From Eshraghiella crossota (GTDB lineage: Bacteria; Bacillota; Clostridia; Oscillospirales; Acutalibacteraceae): 64,000 nt of DNA. The position numbers were made by a program, and so were the translations under genes. Position 1 is the stretch's first letter; the number at the start of each line of letters is the position of its first letter. The notes below the pieces were generated by a model. The model had not been told where the DNA came from. It saw only the letters and a list, made by a program, of their open reading frames with translations, and searched no databases. The stretch is taken from NCBI GenBank assembly GCA_963624605.1, contig CAVFQD010000001.1, positions 2,441 through 66,440 on the forward strand. The letters are read 5' to 3'. Positions 16,956 to 25,381 of the stretch are shown piece after piece.

Positions 16956-17655
16956 CAAAAAATCTCTCGGGCATGAGTTTACCAAGGGTATCATCAAGGA
17001 AAATCCCGTTTTGCGCCTGGTGCTCGGCACCTGTCCGACGCTTGCGACAACAACCTCGCTTGAGAGCGCAATCGGTATGGGACTTTCGGCTATGATAGTT
17101 CTTGTGTGCTCGAATATCGTTATTTCGGCACTTCGTAAGGTGATTCCGCAAAAGGTCAGAATACCTTGCTATATAGTAATCATCGCAGGCTTTGTTACAA
17201 TAGTGCAGATGCTTGTAAAAGCCTTTTTACCCTCGCTTGACGAACAGCTCGGCGTTTATCTTCCGCTTATCGTCGTAAACTGCATAATCCTCGGCAGAGC
17301 GGAGGCGTTTGCGGGTAAAAACTCCGTCGTTGCTTCGGCTCTCGACGGCTTGGGAATGGGCGTCGGCTTTACCTGTGCGCTTGCAATAATGGGCACGATA
17401 AGAGAGCTCCTCGGTTCGGGCTCCTTGCTCGGTCACGCAATTCTTCCCGAGATCATACCTCCTATGACTATATTTGTATTGGCTCCCGGCGGATTTTTCG
17501 TATTCGGCATTGTAATGGCTTGTGCGAATAAGCTTGCCGAAGCGGGCGGCGGCAAAAAAGCGACTCTCGGCGGCTGTAAGGCTTGCCCGATGGCTGAAAA
17601 TTGCGAAAAGCTTGCCTCATGCGAAAAATGTGAAGAAAAGGAGGCTGAAAAATAA
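16948..17655 (+). CDS. rnfE: electron transport complex subunit RnfE
   Basis: 235 aa membrane protein with the RnfE/NqrD signature (NPVLRLVLGTCPTLA) and a Cys-rich C-terminal tail. Confidence 0.9.
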   Translation: MADKKSLGHEFTKGIIKENPVLRLVLGTCPTLATTTSLESAIGMGLSAMIVLVCSNIVISALRKVIPQKVRIPCYIVIIAGFVTIVQMLVKAFLPSLDEQLGVYLPLIVVNCIILGRAEAFAGKNSVVASALDGLGMGVGFTCALAIMGTIRELLGSGSLLGHAILPEIIPPMTIFVLAPGGFFVFGIVMACANKLAEAGGGKKATLGGCKACPMAENCEKLASCEKCEEKEAEK

Positions 17656-18242
17656 TGAAAATATTTTTCTCAATCCTTTTGACGGCTATTCTTACAAACA
17701 ACTACATACTTTCAAAGTTCCTCGGCATCTGCCCGTTTCTCGGCGTGTCGAAGAAGCTCAACACGGCGGTCGGTATGAGCCTTGCGGTTATCTTCGTAAT
17801 GCTGCTTTCATCAGCCGTAACCTATCCGCTCAACACATTCCTTGACAATCACGGTATGAGTTATCTCCAGACGATAGTGTTTATATTGGTTATTGCGGCT
17901 CTGGTTCAGCTTGTTGAGATAATACTCAAAAAGTACATTCCGTCGCTTTACAGCTCGCTCGGAATTTATCTTCCGCTTATCACGACGAACTGTGCCGTAC
18001 TCGGCGTTACGATACTCAATATCGACAACGGATATTCCTTCTCGCACGCTATGATAAACACGCTCGGCGCAGGTCTCGGCTTTATGGTCGCAATGGTAAT
18101 GTTCGCAGGCGTTCGCTCAAAGCTTGAAAACTGCGATGTTCCCAAATTCTTACAGGGACTTCCGATAACTCTTATATCGGCAAGCCTGACTTCTCTCTCG
18201 TTCCTCGGCTTTACGGGACTCGTTGAGAATATGTTCGGTTAA
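17655..18242 (+). CDS. rnfA: electron transport complex subunit RnfA
   Basis: 195 aa with RnfA/NqrE similarity (NNYILSKFLGICPFLGVS). Confidence 0.9.
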   Translation: MKIFFSILLTAILTNNYILSKFLGICPFLGVSKKLNTAVGMSLAVIFVMLLSSAVTYPLNTFLDNHGMSYLQTIVFILVIAALVQLVEIILKKYIPSLYSSLGIYLPLITTNCAVLGVTILNIDNGYSFSHAMINTLGAGLGFMVAMVMFAGVRSKLENCDVPKFLQGLPITLISASLTSLSFLGFTGLVENMFG

Positions 18243-18255
18243 GGGGGGTAGAGCG

Positions 18256-19059
18256 ATGAACGGAATTATTTCGGCGGTTATACTTGTCTGCGTTATCGGA
18301 CTTATCGCAGGTATAGGTCTTTCGATTGCTTCGGTTGTTATGGCTGTGCCCAAGGACGAAAAGGCTGAAAAAATAAGAGAATGCTTGCCCGGTGCCAACT
18401 GCGGTGCGTGCGGCTTTTCCGGATGTGACGGCTATGCGGCGGCTCTTTCAAAGGGCGAGACCGACAAAACAAATCTATGCGCTCCCGGCGGTGCTGACGC
18501 CGCAAAGGGCGTTGCCGAGGTTTTGGGCGTAAAGGCACAGAGCGTTGAGCCTATGGCGGCGTTTGTAAAATGCAACGGTACCTATTCGCACAACGGAAAG
18601 AAGCTTGAATATGCGGGCGCTCAAAGCTGTAAAATGGCTTCCCAGCTTTTCGGCGGACCCAAGGACTGCGCTTACGGTTGTGTCGGCTTCGGCGACTGCG
18701 TAAAGGAATGCGAATACGGTGCTCTTAAAATCTGCGACGGTGTTGCAAGGGTTGACCCTGCGCTTTGCAGAGCGTGTAAAAAGTGCATATCCGTTTGCCC
18801 GAAAAATCTTATTGAGCTTTTGCCTGTGCACAGATCCTTTGCCACGGTAACCTGTAAAAATCAGGACAAGGGCGCACTCACACGCAAGGCTTGCAATGTC
18901 GGTTGTATCGGCTGCATGAAATGCGTAAAGGTCTGCGAATCGGACGCGGTCAAGGTTGAAAACAATGTGGCTTTTGTCAACACATCAAAATGTACAAGCT
19001 GCGGCAAATGCACCGAGGCTTGTCCCACAAAGGCGATAAAGACAATCACAATTGAATAA
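18256..19059 (+). CDS. rnfB: electron transport complex subunit RnfB
   Basis: N-terminal anchor, CxxCxxxxC motif (CGACGFSGCDGY) and several ferredoxin-type clusters. The ATG at 18256 is preceded by AAGGGGGG. Confidence 0.9.
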   Translation: MNGIISAVILVCVIGLIAGIGLSIASVVMAVPKDEKAEKIRECLPGANCGACGFSGCDGYAAALSKGETDKTNLCAPGGADAAKGVAEVLGVKAQSVEPMAAFVKCNGTYSHNGKKLEYAGAQSCKMASQLFGGPKDCAYGCVGFGDCVKECEYGALKICDGVARVDPALCRACKKCISVCPKNLIELLPVHRSFATVTCKNQDKGALTRKACNVGCIGCMKCVKVCESDAVKVENNVAFVNTSKCTSCGKCTEACPTKAIKTITIE

Positions 19060-19073
19060 ACGCATCGAAAATC

Positions 19074-19106
19074 AGGCTGTCATCATTTGATGACAGCCTT
19101 TTTTTG
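19074..19106. terminator. bidirectional rho-independent terminator (rnfB and a convergent small ORF)
   Basis: AGGCTGTCATCA / TGATGACAGCCT stem followed by TTTTTTT. Confidence 0.8.
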
Positions 19107-19108
19107 GC

Positions 19109-19216
19109 TTAGCAGCAACCCGATCTGTTGCAACCGCTTCCGTTGTCATTATCAGCGAGTAAGATAATGATGATAATGAGAATCAAGAGACTGTTGTTGT
19201 TAAAAAAGTTGTTCAC
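19109..19216 (-). CDS. candidate 35-aa hydrophobic, Cys-rich small protein (not in ORF track)
   Basis: GTG start at 19216 with GGGAGG 7 nt upstream. Translation: MNNFFNNNSLLILIIIIILLADNDNGSGCNRSGCC, ending at a TAA (19111-19109). It stops directly at the bidirectional terminator. Confidence 0.35.
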   Translation of the reverse strand: MNNFFNNNSLLILIIIIILLADNDNGSGCNRSGCC

Positions 19217-19393
19217 CGTGTTGCCTCCCTTCGTCGTTCATCATTCCATACTATGTCGGGAAAGAAATTGTGTTAAAGCCGAAACTCAAAATTTGACCTT
19301 CAGACTTTTTGTAAAAAAATAAAAAATTTGAAATCGTTAAAAAATTAAAGAAAATCGAAGAAAATGCCGCATTACACAACGAAAACGAACGAA

Positions 19394-19475
19394 TTTGACC
19401 TTTTTTGACCTTTGACTTAACCTAAAAAGCGGCTATAATGATAATCACAAAGGTCAAAGAAAGTCAAAGTCAAAG
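19394..19475 (+). promoter_or_regulatory. ctsR operon promoter flanked by and overlapping CtsR operators
   Basis: TTTGACC-TTT-TTTGACC-TTTGACT (19394-19417) is the inverted orientation of GGTCAAA repeats. The -35 TTGACT (19412-19417), a 16-nt spacer and the -10 TATAAT (19434-19439) follow. A second operator AGGTCAAAGAAAGTCAAAGTCAAAG lies at 19451-19475. Confidence 0.8.
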
Positions 19476-19490
19476 AGAGGCGATAAACAA

Positions 19491-19943
19491 ATGAATCTCA
19501 GTAAGGAAATAGCGAATATGATAATCGAAATGCTTGATTCGGACGGAACAAGCGCGGAAATCCGCCGAAATGACCTTGCGGAACGGATAGGCTGCGTACC
19601 GAGTCAGATAAATTATGTTATTTCATCACGCTTTACACCCGAGAGAGGATATATCGTCGAAAGTCAAAGAGGCGGCGGCGGATATATCAGGATCACAAGA
19701 GCGCAATATGACCTTTCAACACTTAAAATGCATCTTATAAACTCAATCGGAGCAAGCGTTGACGAAAAGACCTGTAATGCTAATGTAATAAATCTTCACG
19801 ACAGAGGGCTTCTTACGGACGAACAGGCAAAGCTTATCGTAACCGCTGTTTCGGACAAAATATATAAGGAATTGCCCGAAGAAAACAGAAACGAATTCAG
19901 AGCGTCGATGTTCAAACAGATGCTTCTGAGCACTATGAACTAA
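19491..19943 (+). CDS. ctsR: transcriptional repressor CtsR
   Basis: 150 aa. ...AERIGCVPSQINYVISSRFTPERGYIVESQRGGGGYIRI is the hallmark CtsR region. Confidence 0.9.
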   Translation: MNLSKEIANMIIEMLDSDGTSAEIRRNDLAERIGCVPSQINYVISSRFTPERGYIVESQRGGGGYIRITRAQYDLSTLKMHLINSIGASVDEKTCNANVINLHDRGLLTDEQAKLIVTAVSDKIYKELPEENRNEFRASMFKQMLLSTMN

Positions 19944-19958
19944 AAAGGAGAGATATTT

Positions 19959-20456
19959 ATGTTGTGTCAGAACTGTAAAAAAAATGAGGCTACAACTCAT
20001 ATAAAGACAATCGTAAACGGAGAAGCTACGGAAGCTCATCTTTGCTCGGACTGTGCAAAGAGCCTCGGCTATGACGGAGTTTTTTCGGACTTCGGCTTTA
20101 ACTTCTCGGATATGTTAAGCTCGTTCTTCACAGAGCCCGCTATGGCGGCTCTCGGCGGCAGGTCGCTTCGCTGCGACAAGTGCGGAAGCACCTTTAACGA
20201 TATCGTAAGAAGCGGAAAAATCGGTTGCGCCGATTGCTATTCGACATTTTACGACAAGCTGTTGCCGTCGCTTGAAAGGCTTCACGGCAGAACCCGTCAC
20301 GAGGGCAAAATCCCCAACGGCATTGTAGAGGTTCCCGACAAGAGCGAAAAGGAAAAATTACAGGATGAGCTCAAACAGGCGGTAGACGAGCAGAATTACG
20401 AAAAAGCCGCAGAGCTCAGAGACAAGATTAAAGCATTGGAAAGCGAGGAAAAATAA
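19959..20456 (+). CDS. mcsA: McsA (UvrB/UvrC-motif protein, activator of McsB)
   Basis: Paired Cys motifs (CQNC...CSDC, CDKC...CADC) and a C-terminal UVR motif (YEKAAELRDKIKAL). Confidence 0.85.
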   Translation: MLCQNCKKNEATTHIKTIVNGEATEAHLCSDCAKSLGYDGVFSDFGFNFSDMLSSFFTEPAMAALGGRSLRCDKCGSTFNDIVRSGKIGCADCYSTFYDKLLPSLERLHGRTRHEGKIPNGIVEVPDKSEKEKLQDELKQAVDEQNYEKAAELRDKIKALESEEK

Positions 20457-21455
20457 ATGAGTAAATGGTACATCGGCGAGGGAGACCACAACGATATAGT
20501 CATTTCGACGAGGATAAGACTTGCGAGGAACCTTGCAGACTATCCTTTTCCCGTACGCTTTGACAACAAGAGCAAAATCGAAGTAAACGAAAAAATAAGA
20601 GACGCTCTCAAGGACAAGGAAAATCTTACCTACACGGAGCTCAAAACACTTACCCGTTCGCAAATCGTTTCCCTTGCGGAAAGGCATCTCATCAGTCCCG
20701 AATTTGCGTCGAATTCCGACGCAAGAGCGTTGCTTATGTCCGATAACGAGGATATAAGTATAATGCTTTGCGAGGAGGACCACATAAGGCTTCAGGTTAT
20801 GAAGTCGGGGCTTGCGCTCAAAGAGGCGTATGAGCTTGCGGATAAGATAGATACGGAAATTAACCAATCGCTCAAATATGCGTTTGACGAAAAGCTCGGC
20901 TATCTTACGCAGTGTCCGACAAATCTCGGCACGGGTATGAGAGCCTCGGTGATGCTCCATTTACCGGCGCTTACCGCAAAAGGTCAGATAGGCTCGCTTG
21001 CTTCGACCGTTTCAAAGCTCGGACTTACTATCAGAGGAGCTTACGGCGAGGGCATGTCGGCTATGGGCGACCTTTATCAGCTGAGCAATCAGGTATCGCT
21101 CGGAATAAGTGAAAAATCGGCTATCGACAATCTTAAAACAATTACGCTTCAGCTCGCGGCACAGGAGCGTGCGGCAAGAGCGGAGGCGGCTAAGAGCATT
21201 GAGACCGAGGACGCCGTTTTCAGAGCATACGGAATACTCAAATCGGCAAGAATATTAAGTACAAAGGAATTTATGAGCTTAATCTCCAAGGTTCGTTTCG
21301 GCGCGGTTTGCGGAATGATAAACACAGACCTCAAAACGATAAACGAGCTTATGGTATCAATGCAGCCTGCGACGATAAATGCCTTCGTCGGCAAAACGCT
21401 CAGCTTGGATGAGCGCGATGTCGAAAGGGCGAAAATCGTCAGAGAAAGGCTATAA
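20457..21455 (+). CDS. mcsB: protein arginine kinase McsB
   Basis: 332 aa with phosphagen-kinase-like motifs (NEEDHIRLQ, CPTNLGTGMRASV). Confidence 0.9.
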   Translation: MSKWYIGEGDHNDIVISTRIRLARNLADYPFPVRFDNKSKIEVNEKIRDALKDKENLTYTELKTLTRSQIVSLAERHLISPEFASNSDARALLMSDNEDISIMLCEEDHIRLQVMKSGLALKEAYELADKIDTEINQSLKYAFDEKLGYLTQCPTNLGTGMRASVMLHLPALTAKGQIGSLASTVSKLGLTIRGAYGEGMSAMGDLYQLSNQVSLGISEKSAIDNLKTITLQLAAQERAARAEAAKSIETEDAVFRAYGILKSARILSTKEFMSLISKVRFGAVCGMINTDLKTINELMVSMQPATINAFVGKTLSLDERDVERAKIVRERL

Positions 21456-21521
21456 GGACGGTGCGGGCGGAGATTTAATTCTCCGCCTGTTTCACAGAGA
21501 ACAGAGAAAGGATGATGTTTT

Positions 21522-23990
21522 ATGTTCAAATTCACAGGTTTTACGGAAAAGGCAAACAAAGCTCTTAACAAGGCTGTTGAGTGCGCACAGAACCTCGGAC
21601 ATACCTATATAGGCAGCGAACATTTGCTTTTGGGACTTTTGTCCGATACCGCAACAGTTGCGGGCGTTGTCCTCTCAACAAGAAAAATCAAATTCGATGA
21701 TGTCGAGGAATACATCAAACAGACTGTGGGCGTAGGTATGCCCACACAGCTCGGAGCGCAGGACTTTACTCCGAGAAGCAAGAGGATAATCGAAAATGCG
21801 GTTTATCTTGCAGGCAGAACGGGTTATTCCCTCGCGGGTACGGAGCATATTTTGCTCTCGATAGCAAGCGATGAGTCCTGCTACGCTTATCAGATTTTGT
21901 CAAGGGCAGGTGTTTCCTCTGAAAGCATTATGTCCGATATTTCAAAGAAGCTTATGAGTTCGGCGTCCGGCAACGGACAGGACGAAAAGCAGTCCGGCAC
22001 AGGCAATGAAACGCTTGACCAATTTTCAAGGGATTTGACCGAGCTTGCAAAGCAGGGCAAGATTGACCCCGTAATCGGCAGACACGATGAAATTGAAAGG
22101 GTTATTCAGATTTTATCAAGGAGAACCAAAAATAATCCCTGTCTTATCGGTGAACCCGGCGTAGGCAAAACCGCAATAGCGGAGGGCTTGGCTCTTAAAA
22201 TCGTATCGGGTGAGGTTCCCGAAACTCTTAAAAACAAGAAAATCGTTTCGCTTGACCTCACAAGTATGGTTGCAGGAACAAAGTACAGAGGCGACTTTGA
22301 GGAAAGAATTAAAAAGGTAATCGACGAGGTTAAGGCGTCGCCCGACATTATCCTGTTTATCGATGAGGTTCACACTCTTATCGGTACGGGAAGCGCAGAG
22401 GGTGCGGTTGACGCCGCAAACATCCTCAAGCCCTCACTCGCAAGGGGTGAATTACAGGTAATCGGTGCTACAACGATTGCGGAGTACAGAAAGAATATCG
22501 AAAAGGACGCGGCTCTCGAAAGAAGGTTCCAGCCGGTTATGGTTAACGAACCGACCAAGGAAGAGGCAATTGAAATCCTTAAAGGTCTTCGTGACAAATA
22601 CGAGGCTCATCATAAGGTTAAAATTTCCGACTCTGCTATCAAGGAAGCGGTTGAACTTTCGGTAAGATATATTTCCGACAGATACCTGCCTGACAAAGCC
22701 ATTGACTTAATCGACGAGGCGGCGTCAAGAGTAAGGCTTCGCGCCTTTACAGAGCCGCCCGAATTGCAGGAGCTTGAAAAGAAAAAGAAGGACCTTGAGG
22801 GTGAAAAGCTCAGTGCTGTAAATTCTCAGGACTTCGAGCTTGCGGCAAAGCTTCGTGACGAGGAAAAAGAGCTTGCAGACTCCCTTGAAAAGAAGAAGGA
22901 TGAGTGGAAAAACAAGGCAGGCAGAAGCAAGGACGAGGTAACAGGCAAGGAAATTGCCGAAATCGTATCGCTCTGGACGGGTGTTCCCACGGCTCAGTTG
23001 ACCGAGCAGGAAAGTGAAAGACTTCTTCATATGGAGGAAACGCTTCATAACAGGATTATCGGTCAGGACGAGGCGGTAAAGGCTGTTTCAAGGGCGATAA
23101 GGCGTTCAAGAACAGGACTTAAGGACCCGAAAAAGCCTATCGGTTCGTTCATATTCTTAGGCCCTACGGGCGTAGGTAAAACAGAGCTTTGCAAGGCTCT
23201 TGCACAGACGCTCTTCGGCGATGAAAACGCAATGATAAGGCTTGATATGTCCGAATATATGGAGAAGCACACGGTGTCACGTCTTGTAGGTTCACCTCCC
23301 GGATATGTAGGTTACGAAGAGGGCGGACAGCTTACCGAGAAGATAAGAAGAAAACCTTATTCGGTAGTTCTTTTCGATGAGATTGAAAAGGCTCACCCCG
23401 ATGTATTCAATATGCTTTTGCAGATACTTGACGACGGTATTCTTACCGATTCGCAGGGCAGGCGTGTTGACTTCAAAAATAGCGTTATTATAATGACCTC
23501 AAATGTCGGCGCTAAGCTTATAACGCAGAAAAATGCCGCATTCGGCTTCACGGGCGACGAAAAGACTGCGGAGGAAGCAAAGGAAAAGGAGCAGATAAGA
23601 GAAGCCGTTATGGGCGAGCTCAAAAAGACGTTCCGTCCCGAATTCCTTAACCGTGTCGACGACATTATCGTTTTTGACAGACTTCAGAAGGATGACATCA
23701 AGAAGATTGCCGTTAACCTCCTTGGCTCTCTTAAAAAGCGTGTTGAAGAGCTCGGTATCGGAATTGAGTTTACCGATAATGTGATAAGCGATATTGCCGA
23801 CGCAGGCTTTGACGAGGTTTACGGCGCAAGACCTCTTAAAAGGGCTATTCAGAGCAAGATCGAAAACCTTTTGTCAGAGGAAATGCTCGAAAACAAGGTT
23901 GTCAAAGGCAAGAATTATGTCTGCGATTCGGAGAACGGCGAGTTCGTCTTTAAGGAAAAATCCGCTCAGACAAAAGCAGCCGAAGAATAA
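21522..23990 (+). CDS. clpC: ATP-dependent Clp protease ATP-binding subunit ClpC
   Basis: 822 aa. Clp N-domain repeats, two AAA+ modules (GEPGVGKT, GPTGVGKT) and a UVR linker. Confidence 0.95.
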   Translation: MFKFTGFTEKANKALNKAVECAQNLGHTYIGSEHLLLGLLSDTATVAGVVLSTRKIKFDDVEEYIKQTVGVGMPTQLGAQDFTPRSKRIIENAVYLAGRTGYSLAGTEHILLSIASDESCYAYQILSRAGVSSESIMSDISKKLMSSASGNGQDEKQSGTGNETLDQFSRDLTELAKQGKIDPVIGRHDEIERVIQILSRRTKNNPCLIGEPGVGKTAIAEGLALKIVSGEVPETLKNKKIVSLDLTSMVAGTKYRGDFEERIKKVIDEVKASPDIILFIDEVHTLIGTGSAEGAVDAANILKPSLARGELQVIGATTIAEYRKNIEKDAALERRFQPVMVNEPTKEEAIEILKGLRDKYEAHHKVKISDSAIKEAVELSVRYISDRYLPDKAIDLIDEAASRVRLRAFTEPPELQELEKKKKDLEGEKLSAVNSQDFELAAKLRDEEKELADSLEKKKDEWKNKAGRSKDEVTGKEIAEIVSLWTGVPTAQLTEQESERLLHMEETLHNRIIGQDEAVKAVSRAIRRSRTGLKDPKKPIGSFIFLGPTGVGKTELCKALAQTLFGDENAMIRLDMSEYMEKHTVSRLVGSPPGYVGYEEGGQLTEKIRRKPYSVVLFDEIEKAHPDVFNMLLQILDDGILTDSQGRRVDFKNSVIIMTSNVGAKLITQKNAAFGFTGDEKTAEEAKEKEQIREAVMGELKKTFRPEFLNRVDDIIVFDRLQKDDIKKIAVNLLGSLKKRVEELGIGIEFTDNVISDIADAGFDEVYGARPLKRAIQSKIENLLSEEMLENKVVKGKNYVCDSENGEFVFKEKSAQTKAAEE

Positions 23991-24036
23991 TCGTACGGAC
24001 AAAAGACGCCGACAACAGGGCAGCGAACACAAATCA

Positions 24037-24070
24037 AACGGGCGTTCTCGCAAGGGAACGCCCGTTTTCT
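24037..24070 (+). terminator. rho-independent terminator after clpC
   Basis: AACGGGCGTTC-loop-GAACGCCCGTT followed by TTCT. Confidence 0.7.
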
Positions 24071-24178
24071 GATGGGGCAAGACAAACCCAAGTGTAGAAC
24101 TTTGCTTGCTTCTTACTTGAACCCGACGGCGATTTATGGTATTATTTCATTTGAAATTTCGGTGCGAACAGTGGTTAT

Positions 24179-24889
24179 ATGCTTGAAAAAAGATTTGAAG
24201 AACTTTATAACAGAGCTTACGAGAGGGGCTATAATACCTTTTCTCAATTTCTTACTATGCCCGAGCTCAGCGAGCTTAAAAAGACTTATCTCCCATGCGT
24301 CATTTACGGCGGGTATGACGGTGCCGAAAGGGCAGTAGCAGGGTTTGGTGAAAATGTTTCAAAAGAGGACTTCCCGATAGCCTGCATTAAAATAAAGCCT
24401 CTTAACGAAAAATTTGCGGACGAGCTTGCGCACCGTGACTTTCTCGGTGCGGTTATGAACCTCGGTATTAAGCGCGAAACCGTCGGCGATATAATCGTTG
24501 ACGGAAAATGCGGATATTTAATTTGTCTTGACTGTATAGCGGATTATATCTGCGATAATCTTACACGGGTACGGCATACAAGCGTTAAAGCAGAGCGTTC
24601 CGCAGTTCCGGAGTGTACCGCCGAAAAATTTGAAACCGTTACCGTGCTTGCGGCGTCAAAAAGGCTTGATGTGCTTATAGGCGCAGTGTATAATCTGTCA
24701 AGGAGCGAAGCTGTAAAGCTGATTTCATCGGAACGGGTATTTATAAATTCCGTACTCACGCTTTCACCGTCAAAGACGGTCGGTGACGGCAATATTGTCA
24801 GCGTGAGGGGCTGCGGAAGATTTGTCCTGTCGGGCAATGTCAAGACAACAAAAAAGGGACGGCTTGTACTTGAAATAAAGCGGTACTGA
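24179..24889 (+). CDS. ylmH: YlmH-like RNA-binding protein (S4 domain)
   Basis: 236 aa. The N-terminal region resembles YlmH and the C-terminal S4-like segment is RLDVLIGAVYNLSRSEAVKLISSERVFINS. Confidence 0.7.
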   Translation: MLEKRFEELYNRAYERGYNTFSQFLTMPELSELKKTYLPCVIYGGYDGAERAVAGFGENVSKEDFPIACIKIKPLNEKFADELAHRDFLGAVMNLGIKRETVGDIIVDGKCGYLICLDCIADYICDNLTRVRHTSVKAERSAVPECTAEKFETVTVLAASKRLDVLIGAVYNLSRSEAVKLISSERVFINSVLTLSPSKTVGDGNIVSVRGCGRFVLSGNVKTTKKGRLVLEIKRY

Positions 24890-24892
24890 CGC

Positions 24893-25163
24893 AGGTTGTT
24901 ATATCATAAATTATTTGTGCGACAGCACAAGCGGAACGAAGTGACGGCGGCGAGAGCCGCAATTTAGCCATTCAACGTTCTCCGAAACGGTCAAAATCTA
25001 TGATTTTGCAAGCGTTTCGTGAGGTTGTTATATCATAAATTATTTGTGCGACAGCACAAGCGGAACGAAGTGACGGCGGCGAGAGCCGCAATTTAGCCAT
25101 TCAACGTTCTCCGAAACGGTCAAAATCTATGATTTTGCAAGCGTTTCGTGAGGTTGTTATATT
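24893..25163. repeat. 129-bp non-coding tandem direct repeat, 2 full copies plus a 13-nt third start
   Basis: AGGTTGTTATAT... recurs at 24893, 25022 and 25151, giving a period of 129. The copies are identical on manual comparison. Stop codons occur in all six frames of the unit. It contains the nested hairpin CGAAACG-gt-CAAAATC-tat-GATTTTG-caag-CGTTTCG. Confidence 0.9.
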
Positions 25164-25211
25164 ATATAAAATCAGTGGAATATAAGGCTGTATTTTCGAT
25201 AATAATACAAA

Positions 25212-25240
25212 TTGACAACAATTATATGCCGTGATAAAAT
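25212..25240 (+). promoter_or_regulatory. sigma-A-type promoter upstream of pyk (extended -10)
   Basis: TTGACA (25212-25217), a 17-nt spacer, then TAAAAT (25235-25240) preceded by TGA. Confidence 0.5.
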
Positions 25241-25315
25241 ATGCGTGCAGTATATGTGGTGGAGTCTGTCATAAGCCGATGTGGGCTTATTTATACTGTT
25301 ATCATTTTATGATGT

Positions 25316-25346
25316 GGGACAGAACTGCGGTTTTGTCTCTTTTTTG
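25316..25346 (+). terminator. terminator-like hairpin inside the pyk leader (possible attenuator)
   Basis: GGGACAGAA-ctgcgg-TTTTGTCTC (two G-U pairs) followed by TTTTTT, 36 nt before the pyk GTG start. Confidence 0.4.
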
Positions 25347-25381
25347 ATAGGCTCTTCAATAAAGAAAGAAGAGGATTAACT

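Noticed and set aside
19128-19322. 64-aa plus-strand ORF in the rnfB-ctsR spacer
   Set aside because: It has no RBS and starts inside or after the terminator. The opposite strand carries a better-supported small ORF with an SD.
20358-20960. 200-aa minus-strand ORF
   Set aside because: It is antisense to mcsA and mcsB.
24893-25163. The 129-bp repeat as coding sequence or CRISPR
   Set aside because: Stops occur in all six frames of the unit, and the copies are contiguous and identical without spacers.
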